This document shows, one piece after another, positions 26,877 through 35,260 of a stretch of DNA of 57,259 nucleotides (position 1 is the stretch's first letter; each line of letters starts with the position of its first letter). Location of the stretch: IMG/VR virus record IMGVR_UViG_3300028920_000028. One strand, 5' to 3'. The stretch is from an uncultured virus (IMG/VR IMGVR_UViG_3300028920_000028). Lineage: Duplodnaviria > Heunggongvirae > Uroviricota > Caudoviricetes. The notes under the pieces are model-generated. The model worked only from the letters and a program-made list of their open reading frames with translations, was not told the origin of the DNA and made no database searches. A program made the translations under genes and the position numbers.

Positions 26877-27039
26877 GGCTCTTCCTTATTCAAGACGGCA
26901 CGAGTCGCTGGTGCGTGTTTTGGATTGCATCCAGGGATATGATCCCCGAACCTCTTGGTTGATAGCCAAGCGCTCTACCCAATTGAGCTAAATGCATGTA
27001 CGCCCCAACCTGGAGCGCCGTCCTGAATGAGAAAGAGCC
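26877..27039 (-). ncRNA. Structured RNA module 1 (Y-RNA-like), 163 nt, enclosing a tRNA-like domain
   Basis: 27015-27039 pairs with 26877-26901 (24 of 25 positions, counting GU). Confidence 0.72.
26921..26997 (-). tRNA. Aberrant tRNA-like cloverleaf, anticodon AUC, encoded CCA
   Basis: AUGCAUU UA GCUC AAUUGGGUA GAGC G CUUGG CUAUCAA CCAAG AGGUU CGGGG AUCAUAU CCCUG GAUGCAA U CCA. Confidence 0.75.
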
Positions 27040-27051
27040 AAACGCTGACCA

Positions 27052-27080
27052 AATATACCAACATCAAGCGGGATTGTCAA
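27052..27080 (-). promoter_or_regulatory. sigma70 promoter TTGACA-N17-TATATT driving the ncRNA
   Basis: Perfect -35 and 17-bp spacer; predicted TSS about 27045. Confidence 0.85.
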
Positions 27081-28261
27081 CCCCTGTATGTCGATTCCCC
27101 GTCGAGCATGGTGATGCTGTACCTGCTCTCCTTGCCGATCTCCTCCCGCCAGCCCTTCTTGCGCAGCTGGATGGGCATCCTCCACGTCAGCCCGTAGGTG
27201 GGGTGGACGCCCAACAGCCACTGGTAGGGCTCCGAGAAGGCGCCGATGCGCTCGAGTGCGAACTCGTCGGTGGCCATCCACGAGCCGTTGATGATCGTCT
27301 CGCCCGTCGTGTGCTGCTGCGTGGCCATCGTGTGGAAGTGCCCGAAGAGGTAGTAGTGGGGCACCTGCCCCGACACCGTCCCGATGGCGTTCAGTCGGCG
27401 CGTCTTGCGCTCGATGCCGTACCATGGGAGACTGTTCCAGCTCCGTATGTCGTCCCCGTGGTTCAGCACGAAGTTCCAGTCGTAGACGGAGAGGATCATC
27501 GACCAGGTATCCGGGCACACGATCTCCAGGCGCCCCTCCTCGACGAGGCCCCTCAGCCGCGCCGCCGCGTGCGCCACCACGAGGTAGTCCCAGTTGTCGT
27601 GGGCGCCGCGGAAGTCCTTCTTCGGGGTCTTGCGGCCGTGGTTGCCGGACACGCTGCAGAAGACGATCTTGGGGAAGTAGCGGCTGAGGTCGGTGATCAT
27701 CATCGCGATCAGCTCGCCCATGCCCATGGCGTTCTTCAGGGAGTTGCGCCACTTGCTGTGCTCGGTGGCCCCGTGTATCTCCCCGCTGACGTAGTCGCCG
27801 AGCCCGGAGATGTACAGGGTCTCGAACTTGTACGCCTTCATGTTGTCCACGAGGTGGGAGATGGTCGTGTCGACTATCCTCTCCGCCCTCTGGCAGGCCA
27901 CGTCGAACCCGAACTCCTCCAAGCCCCTGACCCTCTTCGGGAGGATCTCCTGGTCGCCGTGGCTGTCGGACAGGACGAGCATGGCGGACTCGGTGATCTG
28001 CGACTTCCTTCCCATGATGGAACTGTAGGGGGCGAAGGTGGAGAACGGCGCCTGATCCTCGATGAGCGGGGCCAGGCTCTTGAAGAGCGTGGACTCCCTC
28101 TGCGCCCTCTTCAGCTCCGCGCCGAGCCTCCGGTTCTCGTCCTGCAGCCTCCTGATGTCCTCCTGGGCCGAAAGCTCGTAGGAGCCCTCGTCGTCCGTGC
28201 CGTTGGCCGAGATTTTCCTGACCAGCTTGAGCCTCTTCGCGAAGTTTTTGGGTTTTGGCAT
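27077..28261 (-). CDS. Calcineurin-like phosphoesterase with N-terminal coiled coil
   Basis: LSDSHG, LGDYVSG, SGNHGR, NHGD, FGHFH. Confidence 0.85.
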   Translation of the reverse strand: MPKPKNFAKRLKLVRKISANGTDDEGSYELSAQEDIRRLQDENRRLGAELKRAQRESTLFKSLAPLIEDQAPFSTFAPYSSIMGRKSQITESAMLVLSDSHGDQEILPKRVRGLEEFGFDVACQRAERIVDTTISHLVDNMKAYKFETLYISGLGDYVSGEIHGATEHSKWRNSLKNAMGMGELIAMMITDLSRYFPKIVFCSVSGNHGRKTPKKDFRGAHDNWDYLVVAHAAARLRGLVEEGRLEIVCPDTWSMILSVYDWNFVLNHGDDIRSWNSLPWYGIERKTRRLNAIGTVSGQVPHYYLFGHFHTMATQQHTTGETIINGSWMATDEFALERIGAFSEPYQWLLGVHPTYGLTWRMPIQLRKKGWREEIGKESRYSITMLDGESTYRG

Positions 28262-28440
28262 TGGTGCTTCCTTCCGGTGTGGTGCGCCTCCTACAACCAA
28301 TTTACTAACTCGGCGCACCTAAATTAAAGGAAAACATGAGGGTTAGCTGTTTCGGACCCTATCGAAAACGGCATGAACGAATTATTAAGATGTCAAGGCC
28401 GGGGGCTCTCGGAATGATGTATTAATACCTGGGCTAATAC

Positions 28441-28863
28441 ATGTCTTACCGGGGGTGGCCCATGAAAGATCGATGTGACTTCCATTGGTTCGGCCAGAAA
28501 TGGGAATGCGTGCGGGGAAAGCCCGATGACGCGCACAACGGCGGCGAGTGCGACAACGCCGGAAAACGCATCATAATAGACTTGGGGCTGGACCAGGAGG
28601 AGACCCTCACCGTCCTGCACCACGAACTGGTCGAGGGATCGACGTACTTGATCGGGTGCGTGTACTCGAAGACCTACCCGGACGACAGCGACCTGTATAT
28701 CATGACGCACAGCCAGATGGACTTGATGAGCTCCGAGGTACGCGGCGCCTACGAGGACATCAAGAGGAAGATGACAGGCGACGACCCGAAGGAAAAGCCC
28801 CCCCGAGCGCAGCCCAAGCAACCGATTAAGAAATCAAAGAGAAGGCCCAAAAAGGGACGTTGA
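28441..28863 (+). CDS. Hypothetical zincin-like protein (only plus-strand gene called)
   Basis: GECD....RIIID...TVLHHELVEG; divergent AT-rich intergenic region upstream. Confidence 0.65.
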   Translation: MSYRGWPMKDRCDFHWFGQKWECVRGKPDDAHNGGECDNAGKRIIIDLGLDQEETLTVLHHELVEGSTYLIGCVYSKTYPDDSDLYIMTHSQMDLMSSEVRGAYEDIKRKMTGDDPKEKPPRAQPKQPIKKSKRRPKKGR

Positions 28864-28869
28864 GGCGGC

Positions 28870-29226
28870 CTAGTCCAGGAACTCCTCGTAGGCGTCGTCG
28901 TCGAACGGGTCGAAATCATCACTCATCCACCCGTCGTCGTCGAGGATCCCCTCTTCGCCCAAATCGCCGATGTCCTTGATGCGGGGGCACTCCTCCATAG
29001 CGCACTGCGGGCAGACCAAGTCGAACGACCCGTCGTAGTCGAAGTCCTTCATGGTCATGCCCGCCAAGGTTATCTGCCCCTGCCCGCCCTCGGGGGGCAG
29101 CTCCTCGTACAACACCGGGGGCCCGTCCCCGACGTCGGCCAGCTTGAACCAATAGACGAGGTCGCCGTCGCCGTCCCGTATGGGGTCGGGGTTGAGCTCC
29201 CCGCATCGGCTGCAGAACGGTTTCAT
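28870..29226 (-). CDS. Acidic Zn-ribbon protein
   Basis: CSRC...CPQC and an Asp-rich tail. Confidence 0.65.
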   Translation of the reverse strand: MKPFCSRCGELNPDPIRDGDGDLVYWFKLADVGDGPPVLYEELPPEGGQGQITLAGMTMKDFDYDGSFDLVCPQCAMEECPRIKDIGDLGEEGILDDDGWMSDDFDPFDDDAYEEFLD

Positions 29227-29247
29227 CCGAGAACCCCCTCTATGCTG

Positions 29248-29273
29248 AAAAAGGGGGGCCTTCAACCCCCCTT
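29248..29273 (-). terminator. Intrinsic terminator
   Basis: GGGGGG/CCCCCC stem followed by U5 on the minus strand. Confidence 0.55.
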
Positions 29274-29322
29274 GACCCCGCCGCCCGAGGCGGGCGGGGC
29301 CTGACGAAATCGCGGGCCGGGA

Positions 29323-29652
29323 CTAGGCGCCCTTCCCCTTTTTTCCCTTGAAGCCCCTCGAGGCGATGTAGAACGACCCCATGCCCCTCACGGACGGGTC
29401 GTCGCTGTCGAGCGCCCGCTTTGCCGCCTGCATCATCGACTCGCCCTTTCGCCTGTACTGGCCCAGGCGGCCCTTCCTGAGGTTGATGCCCTTCACCCAC
29501 TTCTTCTTGCGCTGCCGGGCCGCCTCGATGGACTCCCAAGCCGCCTCGATTTCCCTCTCCGCAGCCTCGACCTCCCGGTATGCCGTCTCGATGAGTTCGA
29601 CGTCGCTGGCGATGAGCTCCTCGGCCCCCGTCTTTTCAACAATGTCGCTCAT
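29323..29652 (-). CDS. Coiled-coil hypothetical protein
   Basis: AGGAGGT RBS; 109 aa. Confidence 0.7.
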   Translation of the reverse strand: MSDIVEKTGAEELIASDVELIETAYREVEAAEREIEAAWESIEAARQRKKKWVKGINLRKGRLGQYRRKGESMMQAAKRALDSDDPSVRGMGSFYIASRGFKGKKGKGA

Positions 29653-29682
29653 ATCCCACCTCCTGTGAACATAGGCGGAATT

Positions 29683-29964
29683 CTATGAATCGATAATTAC
29701 GTCTATTCCCATCCTCCGGAGCAGTTCCTTCCTGCGCCGGTTGAATGGGTGGGGACACTCCATCCCCGTCTCCCCCATGCACGCGCCGCACCCTATGCAC
29801 TCCGAGGGGATGCTCTCCGCCCACTCCCTGAACGGCTTGGCGTATTGCTCCACCCAGCCGTACAGCGCCGTCTCGCCGAGGTCGTAGCCGGCCTCCTCCG
29901 ACTTGAGCCACTTGTACCGCCCCATCTGCCGGAGTTGCTCATCGAGTATGAAGGAATTCCGCAT
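29683..29964 (-). CDS. DUF4032-like protein with C-terminal Cys cluster
   Basis: YKWLKSEEAGYDLG..A..GW; CIGCGAC..CPH. Confidence 0.55.
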   Translation of the reverse strand: MRNSFILDEQLRQMGRYKWLKSEEAGYDLGETALYGWVEQYAKPFREWAESIPSECIGCGACMGETGMECPHPFNRRRKELLRRMGIDVIIDS

Positions 29965-29981
29965 GCGCCGTTCCGATGCAT

Positions 29982-30008
29982 AAAAGGGCCGCCTTTGTGA
30001 GGCGGCCC
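29982..30008 (-). terminator. Intrinsic terminator
   Basis: GGGCCGCCT/AGGCGGCCC stem plus U4. Confidence 0.6.
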
Positions 30009-30037
30009 CATGAATCGATTATGGCGAATTGCGGGGG

Positions 30038-31207
30038 TCAACCCACGGGCATCCCCTTGAGCATGCCCTCGGGCTGCTCGGACACCTCCACGGTGCCCGC
30101 CTCGAGCATCCTGTCCACTTGCTCCTTGAACACGAAGTAGATGGTCATGACGCTGTCGGGCTTGTCCTTCCACGTGTCCAACGGGTAGGGATCCTCTACG
30201 AGATCCTGCCGGATCCTCGCGCCCGCGCCTACGGCGACCTCCTTCCTCGGGGGCGCCGCCTCCTCCACCCGGACTCTGCGCCTCACCGACATCGACCGCA
30301 GCGGGCTGCCGACCCTCCCGGAGGTCTTCACCTCGCCAGGGGGCGGCGCGGGGACCGCGCCGGCGGCGGGGGCCGACGAGCAGTTGTAAGCATGGATCTC
30401 GGAGTCCGCGGACATGTGCCCGGCGGCGCCGTCGCCGAGAACGAACATGTCCGGCTGCGTTTCGCCGCTGATCTTGACACCCGCCGACAGCCCCTTGGAA
30501 AACCCGAGCGACGTCTGCGTTGAGTTCGTGTACGCCCAGTAGTTCAAGGTGTGGTTCGGAGTATCATCATACAGTTTGTACCCGCTGTGCGGGAACTGAT
30601 ACAGCAGGCCGCCACCGAACGACGGCGCCTGCCTCGGCCTCGCGACCTTGGGCCTGTAGAACGCGAACCCGAAAGCCGGCACGGTGTTCTCCTTGCCGAT
30701 CATCTTCGTGGCGATGTCCCGCACCTCGTCCTCGGTGAAGTACATCTGTCTTCCGTGTCCATTGTTCACCCAAACATCCAGCCACAAGGTATTTGGAGCC
30801 GCCACGTAGTTGCCAAACGGCCATTTATACCCACACTCTGGACAGAACCTTTCGACTTGGAACTTGCACCCGTGCTTCGGACACTTCTCGTCGTAGCGCT
30901 CAAGATGGAATCCAGAACACATCATTCCAGTTATTGGGTTACAGCCTTTCACAACAGGGATGATTGCGGTGTTGTTCTGATCGCAGGATGTCCAATCGAA
31001 CCAAATTCCCTTGTTTGGCCTCACCGGTATGATGAACACGCCCGGGCCGCGCATCCACGAGCCCGGGTACTCCTTGAATATCTCCGAGGGATAGACGGGA
31101 AGTGCCGTCCCCGGCGGCAGGTCGAAAATCTGATCGCCCTTGAGCCTGTCAGCCTCCATGACGCTGGCGTAGAAACCTTTGTGCTTCATGACTGTTCCGT
31201 GTGACAT
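30038..31207 (-). CDS. Uncharacterised conserved-type protein (LPPG...WLD...GAGARIRQ..EDPY)
   Basis: About 390 aa with an inserted CPKH...CPEC Zn ribbon. Confidence 0.75.
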   Translation of the reverse strand: MSHGTVMKHKGFYASVMEADRLKGDQIFDLPPGTALPVYPSEIFKEYPGSWMRGPGVFIIPVRPNKGIWFDWTSCDQNNTAIIPVVKGCNPITGMMCSGFHLERYDEKCPKHGCKFQVERFCPECGYKWPFGNYVAAPNTLWLDVWVNNGHGRQMYFTEDEVRDIATKMIGKENTVPAFGFAFYRPKVARPRQAPSFGGGLLYQFPHSGYKLYDDTPNHTLNYWAYTNSTQTSLGFSKGLSAGVKISGETQPDMFVLGDGAAGHMSADSEIHAYNCSSAPAAGAVPAPPPGEVKTSGRVGSPLRSMSVRRRVRVEEAAPPRKEVAVGAGARIRQDLVEDPYPLDTWKDKPDSVMTIYFVFKEQVDRMLEAGTVEVSEQPEGMLKGMPVG

Positions 31208-31258
31208 TTCATTTCCCTCCATGGATGGTGGGGGAGGGTCGCCCCTCCCCCTGCCCTG

Positions 31259-32248
31259 CTAGTACGTCCGATTGCCCGACACGTGGAAAGGGTCGGCGGG
31301 GGCCTTGCTCGGCCGAGTCTCGAGGAGAATCAGCTTCGGAAGGTCGTCAATCTCCTTGCGGTCGTCGAACAACTTGGACATCGATGGCCACGTCTTCCTC
31401 AAGTCGGCGATGCCCTTCGCGGCGCTGGCGTGGAGCGCCCTGCTGTCCGCGTGGCTGTCCTTGCTGAACTTGCTGGCGTGGTCGACGACGAGCCTGGCGT
31501 ACGCCCTCTCATCCTTGCCCACGACCGACCAGTTCAGTTCGCACACCTCGCAGTAGCCCTTGAACAGGGTCTCGCCGCAGATGGGGCAGAGCTCCACCTT
31601 GCGATCATCCACGTTGAGGTCGATGATGCGGTAGACGTTGACCACCGTGTCGCCGTACGGCACGATCATGCTGTTGACCTTGCCCTTCCGGGCGCGCTTC
31701 AGCAGATCCATGCTGTAGTCGACGTCGATGGGCTCCTTGCCGGGCTCGTGCCCGCCGTTGCTCTTGAGAACGATGAACGGCTGGCCCTTCGCGCGGCGGT
31801 TCAGCTCCTGCTCCATCTCGTAGTCGCGCTCGTCGACATAGCGCTCAAGCAGTTCCCTATCCTTGTGCTGGGCGATGGGCTTCGTCATGTCGACGAGCTT
31901 CGTCACCGTCGCATAGAGGGACGAGGTGTCCGTGGGCTGGGCGACGGTGAGGGAGGGCTTCCCCCCCTCCTTTTCGCCCTCGTCCTTGGCGAACGGGTCG
32001 CGGCCCTTCAGCCACGACACGGCGGCCGCCGCCCGGGCGGCTTTGACGCCTTCGACGTGCGCGGTCAGGGCGTCCGAGACCATGGCCCCCGTCGTGGACT
32101 CGGCGTCCATGAGCTCGACGGCGTCCTCGTCGCCGTACTCGATGCCGAGGCCCTTGGACAGGGCGCCTTCGATTTCGGACTCTTCGACCTTGAGGATTTG
32201 AGCGGCGTTCTTGACCCGCTCCTGGAGAGAAATGGTGTTGCGGTCCAT
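31259..32248 (-). CDS. Hypothetical protein with Zn ribbon
   Basis: CPIC...CEVC; GGGGG RBS before MDRNTI. Confidence 0.75.
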   Translation of the reverse strand: MDRNTISLQERVKNAAQILKVEESEIEGALSKGLGIEYGDEDAVELMDAESTTGAMVSDALTAHVEGVKAARAAAAVSWLKGRDPFAKDEGEKEGGKPSLTVAQPTDTSSLYATVTKLVDMTKPIAQHKDRELLERYVDERDYEMEQELNRRAKGQPFIVLKSNGGHEPGKEPIDVDYSMDLLKRARKGKVNSMIVPYGDTVVNVYRIIDLNVDDRKVELCPICGETLFKGYCEVCELNWSVVGKDERAYARLVVDHASKFSKDSHADSRALHASAAKGIADLRKTWPSMSKLFDDRKEIDDLPKLILLETRPSKAPADPFHVSGNRTY

Positions 32249-32387
32249 AGGTATCCCCCTATGAGGTGCGGGCGTATCACGGCCCGCGGTTTTCAGGCTC
32301 CGAGGCTGCGGCGGCCTTCCCGCACATGCGCTCAAGGCTGCATGTTCGCCTTTGCATCTGTATCTATGCCGGCCGGCATCTGGCGCG

Positions 32388-32416
32388 AATATAACTCAGG
32401 TTTCCCCCGTTGTCAA
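32388..32416 (-). promoter_or_regulatory. sigma70 promoter TTGACA-N17-TATATT
   Basis: Perfect -35 and 17-bp spacer. Confidence 0.8.
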
Positions 32417-32838
32417 CCCTCAACCTCAGGTTTCGGCCGCTCCTTGACCTGGACGAGGCCCCCGAGGAGCCGGAGCTCGATGGGCGCTATCTCCTCGTCG
32501 TCGTATATCGTGGCGGGCTCGGTGACCTGAAGGGTGATGTACTCCTCCTCGACTTCGTGGAGGGCCCTCCCGCACTCCTTCTTGGCCTCGTCGTCCGGGA
32601 ACACGTAATTGCCGTTCCCGTCGATTTTGACTTTGCCCTGGTCGTCCTTGGCGGCGTATCGCAGGACGATGTCCGCCCTCGACTTTTTCAGGGTCTCGCC
32701 GTGGCTCGCCAGTTCGTCGATCGCGGTGTTGATCTCGATGGTGGTCTTGGCCGGCATGCGCCTGGTCTGCAGCAGGCTTTGCACGGCCGCCCCGAACTCG
32801 GGCTTCATGATGAAACGGTTCTTGATCTTGATGTCCAT
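32413..32838 (-). CDS. Hypothetical protein downstream of the fibre gene (chaperone-like)
   Basis: AGGAG RBS; helical 141 aa. Confidence 0.7.
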   Translation of the reverse strand: MDIKIKNRFIMKPEFGAAVQSLLQTRRMPAKTTIEINTAIDELASHGETLKKSRADIVLRYAAKDDQGKVKIDGNGNYVFPDDEAKKECGRALHEVEEEYITLQVTEPATIYDDEEIAPIELRLLGGLVQVKERPKPEVEG

Positions 32839-32867
32839 GTGCTATCTCCTTGTATTATGTACTGCCA

Positions 32868-34229
32868 CTACGACCAAGTGGCCAACGTGGTCGGCGAGTT
32901 GTTGTAGTTCTTGGCTTTCAAGTAACTAGTACCCCCGAAATTCTCCTCGTACCAAATCACGCAATACCCGACGGTAGGCGCGCTTGGCTCAGTCGTGTCA
33001 TCCGCACGAAGGTACGTGGTCGCTCTGATGATGGAACCTTGGGTGAGCTGATCACTCACGATGTTTCCGCCTGTCGCCGTGATATTCGCGTTCGTGTCGA
33101 GATCCGCCCCGTCGATGGTGATGGCCGTCCCACATATCGACACATCGTGTGCTATGATGTCGTTTGCGAGCAGATCATGCATGTTGATATCGTTGACATT
33201 CAGATCGGTGGCCACAATATTGCCCGTGAGGTTCAACGTCACGGCCGCGATTCCCTGCCAACGCAGGGGTGTAGATGGATTGCCCAAATCGTAGGTTGCC
33301 GTGACGGAGGGCACGATATCTCCCGTCACCGTCTGCGGGCCGGAGGTCATAGAACCATCGGTGCCATCGACCGTAAATGTAGCCGTAACGGTATCACCTA
33401 GATTGATATCTCTTGCCGCCAGAACGTTGTAGCGGTTACCCGGTGCGCCGATGCTGAATAATCCAAGATCGTAAGGTACTGTGTTGTACAACGGAGAGAT
33501 ATTCCCGGTTTTGACAATGGTTCCGCAGAGCGTGGAACAATTCACCTCATCGACGTACAGAGATTCCATGTACGTCCCGGACGTCCCGATGTCCTTCACG
33601 CCGGTGAGATCCCCCGTCATCGTGAGGTTCGTGACGCCCAGGTCGCCGCTGACGGTGAGGTCGCCGGAGATTGTCAGGTCGCCGACCGTGAGCGAGGACT
33701 CGCCGAAGATGTACGACGTCGCCCCGATCTCGGCCGTGAGGGTGGGGGACACCCCGTCATCGAACATCTTCAAGGCGACATCCTTGAAGGTGATGTCGTA
33801 TTGGTTGCCGCCGATCTCGTCAATCTTGAACGCGCTGGAGCCGCCCAGCTGAAGGGTGTTCCCGTCGAGGAGGGCCGCGCTCGCCCCGACCGTGACGGTG
33901 TCGGTCGTGCCGTCCAGCGTGATGTTGCCGACCGTGACGGTGCTGTTCGTGGAATCTACCACCGTCTCAAGAGCGGTCACCCTGTCGACCAGTCCGTTGC
34001 CGCCGCCAGCGGGGTCGAGGACGTACTCCTGGAGCGCCCCTATCTCGTCCGACACGCGCTCGAGGGCGATGCGCTCGGTGCCCCCCCACTCGTCGTCGTC
34101 GTCGGTCTGGGGTATGTTGAGGACGATGCCGAAGAGGTTCTCGTCACCCTTGGCGTAATAGATGCCCTTGGGGCCCTTGCTGAAATCGTAGAGGCCTCCC
34201 ATGGACGTGAATGCGGAATAGTCAGACAT
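32868..34229 (-). CDS. Tail fibre/spike-like virion protein
   Basis: T/G/D/V-rich beta repeats (GDLTISGDLTVSGDLGV, GDIVPSVTATYDLG). Confidence 0.7.
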   Translation of the reverse strand: MSDYSAFTSMGGLYDFSKGPKGIYYAKGDENLFGIVLNIPQTDDDDEWGGTERIALERVSDEIGALQEYVLDPAGGGNGLVDRVTALETVVDSTNSTVTVGNITLDGTTDTVTVGASAALLDGNTLQLGGSSAFKIDEIGGNQYDITFKDVALKMFDDGVSPTLTAEIGATSYIFGESSLTVGDLTISGDLTVSGDLGVTNLTMTGDLTGVKDIGTSGTYMESLYVDEVNCSTLCGTIVKTGNISPLYNTVPYDLGLFSIGAPGNRYNVLAARDINLGDTVTATFTVDGTDGSMTSGPQTVTGDIVPSVTATYDLGNPSTPLRWQGIAAVTLNLTGNIVATDLNVNDINMHDLLANDIIAHDVSICGTAITIDGADLDTNANITATGGNIVSDQLTQGSIIRATTYLRADDTTEPSAPTVGYCVIWYEENFGGTSYLKAKNYNNSPTTLATWS

Positions 34230-34280
34230 CGGGCTTCTCCTTGCGAGGCAGAATGTCCATCGATCGCAGGAGAAAAGGAT

Positions 34281-34295
34281 ATTAATACTGTATTA
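34281..34295 (-). promoter_or_regulatory. Candidate late-promoter motif TAATA-N5-TTAAT
   Basis: Same pattern at 56834-56848; both precede structural genes. Confidence 0.4.
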
Positions 34296-34351
34296 TGGAT
34301 CCGTCACGGCGTGGCACCCGCAACACCAAGTTGCCCCGCGACTTGCGGCCC

Positions 34352-35260
34352 TTAGCCGATCGGCTTGACCTTGAACTTGAGAGTCACAGAACACTTGAAC
34401 CTGTCCGGGTGTCGGAGATACTCGAGGTAGTGTTCGAAGGGGATCTCCTCGTCCTCGCCTTTGCCGGCGACTTTGAAGGACATGCCGCCGTCCCGCTCCA
34501 CCAAGGTCAGATCCCCCTTGTGGGAGTAAATGATCGCCTTCCCCGCCGCAAGCGCGTCCTCCGCCGGCGTGTCTTCCGGCGCTTGGCCGACCCCGCCCGG
34601 GGCGCCGGGACTGTCCCCCCCGCTCATCTGATTGTAGCGCCTCTCGATGCCCGTGAGGATCCCGGGGATGTCCCGCGCCGGGGATTCGTGGCTCATGATG
34701 TACTCCACGGCGTCCCTGACGATGTCCGGATCGTCGGCCTTCTTCACCTTCTCCCAATGCGCATCCGTGAATCGGCTCTCCTTCGCGGGCTTCGCCAGCT
34801 CCTGCCTGGCCTCCTCGGGCATCTTGTGCGAATCCTGCTTGAGCGTCTGCACGCGCTTCAGCCTCGCCATGGATATGTTCAGGATTTCGGCCGCCTGCTT
34901 GTCGCCTATCCCCCTCTGGTTGAGCCTCAGCGCGGCGTTGCACAGCTCCATGAGGCTGAGGTCGCGCCTGAGCTGGTTCTCGCTTATCGACACGAGGAAG
35001 GCCTCATCGTCGGACAACCCGCCCTTGACCACGTACTCGGACTCGTCGAGCTCGTAGTCCCCGCCGTGAATCTCGAGCAGCGACAGATATCTCCTGTGCC
35101 CGGCCACGACCTCGTACGCGCCGCCCCCCTCCGCCGGACGCAGCACGACCTTGCTGAGCAACCCATCGGATCTGATAGACCTCACGAGGGCGCTGAGGTC
35201 GTCCTCGTCGTTGGGTTGGCGAACGTTGCAGCTGCTGACCGTCAGATCGCTCAGCTTCAT
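34352..35260 (-). CDS. ParB/Spo0J-like protein
   Basis: LVRSIRSDGLL, YEVVAGHRRY, ENQLRRDLS, HTH. Confidence 0.88.
   Translation of the reverse strand: MKLSDLTVSSCNVRQPNDEDDLSALVRSIRSDGLLSKVVLRPAEGGGAYEVVAGHRRYLSLLEIHGGDYELDESEYVVKGGLSDDEAFLVSISENQLRRDLSLMELCNAALRLNQRGIGDKQAAEILNISMARLKRVQTLKQDSHKMPEEARQELAKPAKESRFTDAHWEKVKKADDPDIVRDAVEYIMSHESPARDIPGILTGIERRYNQMSGGDSPGAPGGVGQAPEDTPAEDALAAGKAIIYSHKGDLTLVERDGGMSFKVAGKGEDEEIPFEHYLEYLRHPDRFKCSVTLKFKVKPIG

Noticed and set aside
26951..26970. Plus-strand tRNA-Ile(GAT) reading of the anticodon hairpin
   Set aside because: The D-arm consensus, CCA and promoter are all on the minus strand
26620..27045. CRISPR array or TIGR-like guide array
   Set aside because: Only two ~170-nt units; the variable 25-nt segments base-pair with the module ends rather than acting as spacers; no cas-like gene is visible
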